Source: Candidatus Poribacteria bacterium
GTDB taxonomy: Bacteria > Poribacteria > WGA-4E > WGA-3G
Direction of reading: 5' to 3'
NCBI GenBank assembly: GCA_028821605.1
Contig: JAPPFM010000016.1
Span: forward strand, 5,785-69,784
Length of the DNA: 64,000 bases
How positions within the stretch are numbered: position 1 is the first letter of the stretch; each line of letters starts with the position of its first letter. The translations under genes and the position numbers were made by a program. Shown here piece by piece: positions 58,375-64,000 of the stretch. Under the pieces are notes generated by a model. The model worked only from the letters and a program-made list of their open reading frames with translations, did no database searches and was not told the origin of the DNA.

Positions 58375-61300
58375 ATGAAAAACGATGATGCTCAACTTAT
58401 CCAACGCGTCCTTGATGGCGATGATACGGCATTCTCCATGCTTGTGAGAAAATATCAGAAATCCGTTCACGCGCTGGCATGGCGGAAGATTGGAGATTTC
58501 CATATCGCCGAGGATATTACACAAGAGACGTTCCTAAAAGCGTATCAGAAACTCTCTACGCTTAAGGAACCACAGTCCTTCGCGAGTTGGCTCTATGTGA
58601 TAGCGGCAAACCACTGCAGTACGTGGCACCGTAAGAAACGCTTATGGACACAGTCGTTGGAAAACACAAGCAGCGCGGCATTGGAAAGAGCAACGTATTC
58701 TGGATACCTCATTGCAGAAAACGAGCGAGTTGCGATGGAAACGAAGCGCGAGGTCGTCAAGAAACTACTTGCGAAATTACAAGAGAGTGAACGCACAGTT
58801 ATCACGCTCTACTACCTCGGGGAAATGAATTATGAGGAAATTAGCAGGTTTTTAGGCGTATCGGTAGGGACGGTTAAAACCCGTATTTATCGCGCTCGGC
58901 AACGTCTGAAAAAGGAGGAACCGATGATACGAGAGGCTTTAGAGAATTTCCAAATTACACCGAATCTCACTGAAAATATTATGCGCGAGATTTCGCGTCT
59001 GAAACCCGCTGCACCGTCAGGTAGCAAACCGTTAGTTCCATGGACAATAGGTGTTTCGGCGTTAGTCGTCGTGTTTTTGATGTTAGGTGTCGGGACGCAA
59101 TACTTATCGCGCTTCCAAAAACCTTACAGTTTCAATGCTGCGTCAGAGATGAAGGTTGAGCTGATTGATGCCCCCGTTGTACTGAATCTTGAATCCGAAC
59201 CAGATGATCGGACGCAACTTGGCAATGTCAATGCGCCGAATAGGAACAAAGGGTCCGTCCAGCAACCTGATGAGATTTTATTTGCTGGCGCGCAGACGGA
59301 AGGTGAAGATATTTCTCTCTCGAAACAACAGTGGATGCAGGCGGAGCCTGCCAGAGGCACCTGGTTGACTACGATATTTTCGACACCTAAAGACGAACTT
59401 TATGTGGTTGATGATGACCTGGATATGCACAAATTATCAGCCGATGGAAAGAAATGGCAGCATATCTCCGACATGGGGCCATTGGATACCAATTGGGCAG
59501 CAAGATCATTTGTCTCAAAGTGGAACGATACCTTCTATGTTGTTCCATCTGACCAACTTTTTGCTTCAACAGATAGTGGCGTGACATGGGATTTACGCTA
59601 CTCCTGGCAGGAAGAAAAGAAGTATTGGAATCCGGTTGAGTTGGTGCTAACGGATCAAGCGTTTTATCTCGCTTTTGAGAACGGTATTTTTCGTTCTGAA
59701 GATGGCGGTAAGACCTGGGAGGCGATGAACGATGGATTGGCGGCAGGCAAAATAGTATCCTTGGTGGTGATCCAGAATACAGTGCATTTGGGAACATTGC
59801 CAGTGTTTGCTGGAACGGAAGGTGGACTTTACCGGCTCGAGGGGGGAGGTTGGCAACACTTGGAACTTCCCGTGCCAGCCAAAGTCATTCGTTCAGTTGC
59901 TGTGGCTGAAAAACGACTCTATGTTTCGGTGGAGTTGGATTGGGATCAAATAGATCTTCAAAAAGCAGACCGCGAACAGCAGCGGACGTGGTGGATGTTC
60001 CGCTCGACTGACTTTGGGAATTCATGGGAAGATATAACGCCAACCAACGCTTGGCCCATAACAGGGAGGGCACCCTGGATCCAACTCGTTGCTGTCGGTG
60101 AAACGCTTTTGGCGAGCGAGATGTACGGAGGTATAGTGCGCTCTACTGATGGTGGAGAGACATGGCTGGCTCCGCAACCACCCGGGACTTCTTTTTCTTT
60201 TTCTCCTATATACGCCGCTGCCACAGTGGCTGAAAATACCATTTATGTTGCCGGAAATACTGGCCTCTATCGTACCACTAATGGCGGTGAATCGTGGGAC
60301 CTTGTCAATATCGGTCGTCATGGACGAATGTTTGACCTGGTCGCCTTTAAAGAAACCGGTAACGGACGGGATACGCCTGTGACTCTCTACGGAAGAGTCA
60401 AAGAAGAAATCATGAAAACCACCGACTCTGGGCACTCTTGGAAAGCCGTTCATGCGGAGATACCGATGAAAGTGCCTGTCAGAAATCCACATCCACCCGT
60501 AGTACACGTAACCAAATCTGGTGGCGTGCTTTATGCAAAAGGTAACTCACCTGATGATATACACCTGTATCGCGTGTCTATGGATGGTAATAGGCTTGTG
60601 CCGGTTCAAGAGATACCGCGCTTTGACTCGTCAATGTTGACGGGTGAGTTGTCTCTAAGAAGAATGGGCCGTTTTGATATACTAAAAGAAATGGGCCGTC
60701 TTGATTTACAAGGCAGGTCGTTAGCTGAACACTTACAAAAAAGTTTTCCGGGGGCAACCCAGTTCTTCAAACAACTGGCAGCGGATCCGAGACAAACTGA
60801 TCGACTTGTCCGTGGAGGTTTGCGTGGCGCGTTTGCTGTCAGCAACGACACATTTTACATGGAATACAACTTTAAACTCTTCCGATGGGAGCCAGGTGAT
60901 ACAGAATGGTACGACACCGAACTGGAGGAAACCGCTGAGCTTGACGTTGATGTATGGCATAAGATAATGGAAGGGTTCAAACTTACTGCTTCAGGGAACA
61001 CTGTCTACGTCGGAAAACGGGATGGGCACCTCGTTGTCTCATTTGATAGGGGAAACAATTGGATTGATGTCACTCCGATCTTGCCATTCCCTGTTAAAGT
61101 TTTCAAAGAGATCGTGTTTGCCGGTTCCACGGTGTGTGTGGCAACAGACGCAGGTGTTGCTACGTCCAGCGACGGAAAACATTGGCGTGCTATCACCGAT
61201 GCAGCGGGAACGCATCTTATCATGGAACGATTGGCTGTTGATGGCACAAATGTTTATGGTGCTTCAGAGAAGCGTGTCTATCGGTTGAAAAGTGATGGTA

Positions 61301-61425
61301 GTGTATGGAAACAGATTACACCAGAGGTCTCTGACAGCGTGACTTCTCTGGCTGTTGATGGTGATGTACTGTACGTCGGGACACAAAGCAGCGGTATGCT
61401 TCACTTCACCATCAATGAAGAGTGA
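58375..61425 (+). CDS. ECF sigma factor fused via a TM helix to a BNR/sialidase-like repeat domain (paralog of 44113)
   Basis: ECF regions 2 and 4, TM helix, juxtamembrane RFQKPYSFNAASEMKVELIDAPVVLNL. BNR motifs (STDSGVTW, SEDGGKTW, STDFGNSW, STDGGETW, TTNGGESW, TTDSGHSW, SFDRGNNW). Confidence 0.8.
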   Translation: MKNDDAQLIQRVLDGDDTAFSMLVRKYQKSVHALAWRKIGDFHIAEDITQETFLKAYQKLSTLKEPQSFASWLYVIAANHCSTWHRKKRLWTQSLENTSSAALERATYSGYLIAENERVAMETKREVVKKLLAKLQESERTVITLYYLGEMNYEEISRFLGVSVGTVKTRIYRARQRLKKEEPMIREALENFQITPNLTENIMREISRLKPAAPSGSKPLVPWTIGVSALVVVFLMLGVGTQYLSRFQKPYSFNAASEMKVELIDAPVVLNLESEPDDRTQLGNVNAPNRNKGSVQQPDEILFAGAQTEGEDISLSKQQWMQAEPARGTWLTTIFSTPKDELYVVDDDLDMHKLSADGKKWQHISDMGPLDTNWAARSFVSKWNDTFYVVPSDQLFASTDSGVTWDLRYSWQEEKKYWNPVELVLTDQAFYLAFENGIFRSEDGGKTWEAMNDGLAAGKIVSLVVIQNTVHLGTLPVFAGTEGGLYRLEGGGWQHLELPVPAKVIRSVAVAEKRLYVSVELDWDQIDLQKADREQQRTWWMFRSTDFGNSWEDITPTNAWPITGRAPWIQLVAVGETLLASEMYGGIVRSTDGGETWLAPQPPGTSFSFSPIYAAATVAENTIYVAGNTGLYRTTNGGESWDLVNIGRHGRMFDLVAFKETGNGRDTPVTLYGRVKEEIMKTTDSGHSWKAVHAEIPMKVPVRNPHPPVVHVTKSGGVLYAKGNSPDDIHLYRVSMDGNRLVPVQEIPRFDSSMLTGELSLRRMGRFDILKEMGRLDLQGRSLAEHLQKSFPGATQFFKQLAADPRQTDRLVRGGLRGAFAVSNDTFYMEYNFKLFRWEPGDTEWYDTELEETAELDVDVWHKIMEGFKLTASGNTVYVGKRDGHLVVSFDRGNNWIDVTPILPFPVKVFKEIVFAGSTVCVATDAGVATSSDGKHWRAITDAAGTHLIMERLAVDGTNVYGASEKRVYRLKSDGSVWKQITPEVSDSVTSLAVDGDVLYVGTQSSGMLHFTINEE

Positions 61426-61489
61426 GACAAATTTTAGGGCAGTAATCACCTTGTGTTGCGAATTCGATGCTTCCCTATAGGAGAAAACA

Positions 61490-62839
61490 ATGCCGAAAAT
61501 TTTTGCCAAATCAATCTTTTCGTTTCTGACAGTGATACTACTTTCTATTGTTAACATAGGGTGCAGTTCAAAGAACCTTGAGCAGCTTGAAAAAAACGCC
61601 ACAGAGCAGAATCAAAAGACTGACACCTCTGTAAAACCCAAAGAGACGAGCATTTTCAGCGTGATAGAAATCGAAGATGTCGAACACCCGACACTCCCGG
61701 TCTCTATTCACCTCCCCTATCGTGCCCGCCCAAACAACACGGTCTGCCTCGCAGAAAAACACGCATACCTGACGACCGAAAGGCACTTGCATGTTATTGA
61801 TGTTTCTATCCCGCAACGTCCGTCCTATCTGACATCCCTCCCGTTCGGCAATGTCATCGGTAAGGCACTGATCGCTGGACACTATGTGATTGTCTCAGGA
61901 AAAAAACAGTTGTATCTCGTTAATATAGAGCAACCCTTACACCCCGTGATTGAATCCACCTTGCATTTACCCGATCGGAACACCATCAAGGACTTTGATG
62001 TTAGGGACTCTCACCTCTATGTTCTGGGTGCGAATGACACCCTATATGTTTTTTCCATAGATCTCGAACAAGCGCGACTCATCAAAACTATTGAACTGGA
62101 GAAACGTTGGTGGTTGCTGAGCCTGAAACCCGGCAGTCGTGAAGTGGAACAGATCCCACTCCCGACTTCAAGCACTTTTCCCACAGAAATTGGGGATCCA
62201 CTCCCGTCTGAACGCCAGTTTTTACAACTCCTCAGTAGCAAACAGGAGAAAGTCCGCGCATCGTCTATTTTTCTCGTAGTGGAGTGGCTGAGAGACCCAA
62301 CTTATGATCTGTTCAGTTTTGATACACACCGCAGCGTTGATGATCCTCCCACGACAAGCGAAATTATAGGCTACTATAACCTGGCGTTGGATTTTCGCAT
62401 GTATCTCGCCGGGACTGGACAAAAGACCCTCACTCGCAGCATTCCTGCACGTGCGTATGCAGTCGCAAATGGAAAGACGCAGGAAATCCTCCCAGAGCCA
62501 TCGAACGAGACGATCGACGTTGAAGCCAAACGGTTAAAACAATTAATAGGACCTGTCACAGATTTTCAAGTTTCCGGGGATCGACTTTACATCGTCACCG
62601 CAAACGGGTTCTTTTCTATTATACCAATTATCGGCGATCATTATCAGGACTCACACTATAGATATCAGCAATTATACTATAATAGAGAAGAGAGCATGAA
62701 AGATAAATGGCGTAAATTGAGTAACGAAGAGATACGTCTATTTTTACCGTTTCTGGCGGGCAGCCCGATAAGTCTGGCGATCGGTGAAGGTGAACATCAT
62801 GCTTATGTGTTATCTCATCCGGAAGATTCACAAAGGTGA
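61490..62839 (+). CDS. LVIVD-repeat-like lipoprotein (partner gene of the 58375 sigma fusion; paralog of 56661)
   Basis: Lipobox (VNIGCSS). Same repeat pattern as 56661, roughly 50% identical to it. Confidence 0.55.
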   Translation: MPKIFAKSIFSFLTVILLSIVNIGCSSKNLEQLEKNATEQNQKTDTSVKPKETSIFSVIEIEDVEHPTLPVSIHLPYRARPNNTVCLAEKHAYLTTERHLHVIDVSIPQRPSYLTSLPFGNVIGKALIAGHYVIVSGKKQLYLVNIEQPLHPVIESTLHLPDRNTIKDFDVRDSHLYVLGANDTLYVFSIDLEQARLIKTIELEKRWWLLSLKPGSREVEQIPLPTSSTFPTEIGDPLPSERQFLQLLSSKQEKVRASSIFLVVEWLRDPTYDLFSFDTHRSVDDPPTTSEIIGYYNLALDFRMYLAGTGQKTLTRSIPARAYAVANGKTQEILPEPSNETIDVEAKRLKQLIGPVTDFQVSGDRLYIVTANGFFSIIPIIGDHYQDSHYRYQQLYYNREESMKDKWRKLSNEEIRLFLPFLAGSPISLAIGEGEHHAYVLSHPEDSQR

Positions 62840-62967
62840 ACCCCTCGCGCTGGTTAACACACCGTATTGCAAAGACCATTCCTATTGGTTTCCTGCTGCG
62901 TCCTCCAATTTTTTCATAGGTGTATAAAGTTTTGACACGCACCATAAGTGTCAATTTAGGATTTCCG

Positions 62968-63203
62968 TAGGTTGGGTTGAGCGGAACTCAGAAGACTGGT
63001 GTGTTCTCCGAATACCTCTCAAATACAGCCTCTCGCCGTATCTAATCAAGAACCCAGCGAAACCCAACTTCACACCGTCAGCGTTTTGGTAACCACAAAA
63101 ATGTTGGGTTTCACTCGGTTTTTGTTTGAGGTGACATCTATGAAGAAGGTTGATTTTTCTATTTTTTTTCAATGTTTTGGTGGCATCCGTTCAACCCAAC
63201 CTA
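62968..63203. repeat. MITE-like nested palindromic repeat, copy
   Basis: TIRs GTAGGTTGGGTTGAGCGG / CGTTCAACCCAACCTAC, with an internal GCGAAACCCAAC / GTTGGGTTTCAC pair. Confidence 0.5.
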
Positions 63204-63538
63204 CGATGTTATGAAACTGTTTTTTCTATAATTGACACCTATAGTGTGTAAAGTTTTTGACACGCACTTATGAGAAGTGCTCCTTTGTCGCATAAACTGT
63301 TAGTTTGTGCCTCGCATTTCATAATTCTAAAAGCCTATATCCTAAAAACCCCCTTTTTTGTCAGCCCGCCGCTAAAATATTTACACATCTATTTTTTTAT
63401 AGGGATGTATATTTTTAACTGGATCTGTGATATAATTCTACGGACAAAAAGAAACAGAAGCGAATCGGACAATTGTAAACCCTCCTTACCTTTCATTATC
63501 AGCAAAATGGAATCTTAACCTTCTTTCTCCTATTTTTT

Positions 63539-63581
63539 GCAGAATTCTGCAACCGTTTTCCCCCTAAGTCGCGTCACAAGG
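63539..63581 (+). promoter_or_regulatory. ECF-fusion-type promoter (GCAGAATTCTGCAACCGTTTTC...CGCGTCACAAG)
   Basis: Conserved promoter family upstream of 63626. Confidence 0.45.
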
Positions 63582-63625
63582 TGTTAATCAGAAATGCTGA
63601 AACACCCCTTTATCGGAGATGTCTG

Positions 63626-64000
63626 ATGAGAAATAACGATGCCAAGTTGATCCAACGCGTCCTCGCGGGTGATGATACTGCTTTCGCTGAGCTTGTGAAA
63701 AAGTACCAAAAACCGGTTCACGCGCTTGTGTGGCGGAAAGTTGGAGATTTTCACATCGCTGAGGAGATTACACAAGACACTTTCCTGAAAGCCTACCAGA
63801 AACTGGCGACGCTGAAAGAGCCACAAAGTTTTGTGAGTTGGCTCTATGTGATAGCGACACGACGTTGCATTGCGTGGCTCCGTAAGAAGCGTTTATGGAT
63901 GCAGTCGCTGGAGACAACGAGTAGTGTGCAATTTGAAAAAGCGACGTATTCTGGATACGTCGTTGCGGAAAACGAGCGGACAGCAATAGCAGCACAACGC
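63626..64000 (+). CDS. ECF sigma factor N-terminal region of a sixth sigma-fusion gene, cut by the window end
   Basis: MRNNDAKLIQRVLAGDDTAFAELVKKYQKPVHALVWRKVGDFHIAEEITQDTFLKAYQKL... is collinear with the other five sigma domains. No stop before position 64000. Confidence 0.7.
   Translation, partial: MRNNDAKLIQRVLAGDDTAFAELVKKYQKPVHALVWRKVGDFHIAEEITQDTFLKAYQKLATLKEPQSFVSWLYVIATRRCIAWLRKKRLWMQSLETTSSVQFEKATYSGYVVAENERTAIAAQR

Overview
The window divides into two parts: about 29 kb of ordinary chromosomal genes (minus-strand genes read from the high coordinate) followed by about 35 kb of accessory DNA. Nothing here identifies the organism; the gene content (ECF sigma factors fused to a transmembrane helix and WD40/BNR repeats, many secreted jelly-roll proteins, futalosine-pathway menaquinone genes) suggests a PVC-group or candidate-phylum bacterium, but that is inference.

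Core region (1-29000), all called from the protein translations:
- Redox and oxygenases: partial peroxiredoxin-like gene with an in-frame UGA, PhyH-family dioxygenase.
- Uma2-family endonucleases (two copies).
- Secreted LamG/DUF1080 proteins.
- A nucleoside-type ABC transporter (duplicated ATPase plus BMP-family binding lipoprotein).
- TPR protein, UbiD-family decarboxylase, DNA polymerase I, RRM RNA-binding protein, TrpRS.
- SAM hydroxide adenosyltransferase-family protein, MqnC/E and MqnA-like menaquinone genes.
- Fur, IscU-like and IscA-like proteins, a GH32 fructosidase.

Accessory region (29.3-64 kb) is built from repeated modules:
1. Six genes (one cut by the window end) in which an N-terminal ECF sigma factor is fused through a single transmembrane helix to a large extracytoplasmic domain (BNR/sialidase-like repeats, WD40 repeats, or a short new domain). 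Most are followed by a secreted or LVIVD-repeat lipoprotein partner.
2. One conserved ECF-type promoter (GCAACCGTTTTG-N9-10-CGCGTCACTATATAT and variants) upstream of at least 13 transcription units, including the sigma fusions themselves, three tandem TolB-like beta-propeller paralogs, a dienelactone hydrolase, a LamG protein and the selenoprotein candidates.
3. Three paralogous ORF pairs in which the two ORFs share a frame and are separated only by an in-frame UGA directly after a Cys (..ESC-UGA-G/A..). Each UGA is followed 17 nt later by a conserved hairpin with a GGU-type loop. The UGA sits where the CxxC motif of a thioredoxin fold would be. I read these as a new Cys-Sec selenoprotein family. 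The same window also carries a peroxiredoxin-like gene with UGA in a UxxC motif and a similar hairpin.
4. A short C-terminal tail motif (..L-x-T-T-W-x-x-L/I-K..) shared by at least 10 otherwise unrelated secreted proteins, which looks like a sorting or anchoring tag.
5. A MITE-like family of nested palindromic repeats of about 230-250 bp, placed between modules.
6. A conserved 5' leader of about 100-130 nt downstream of several of the shared promoters.
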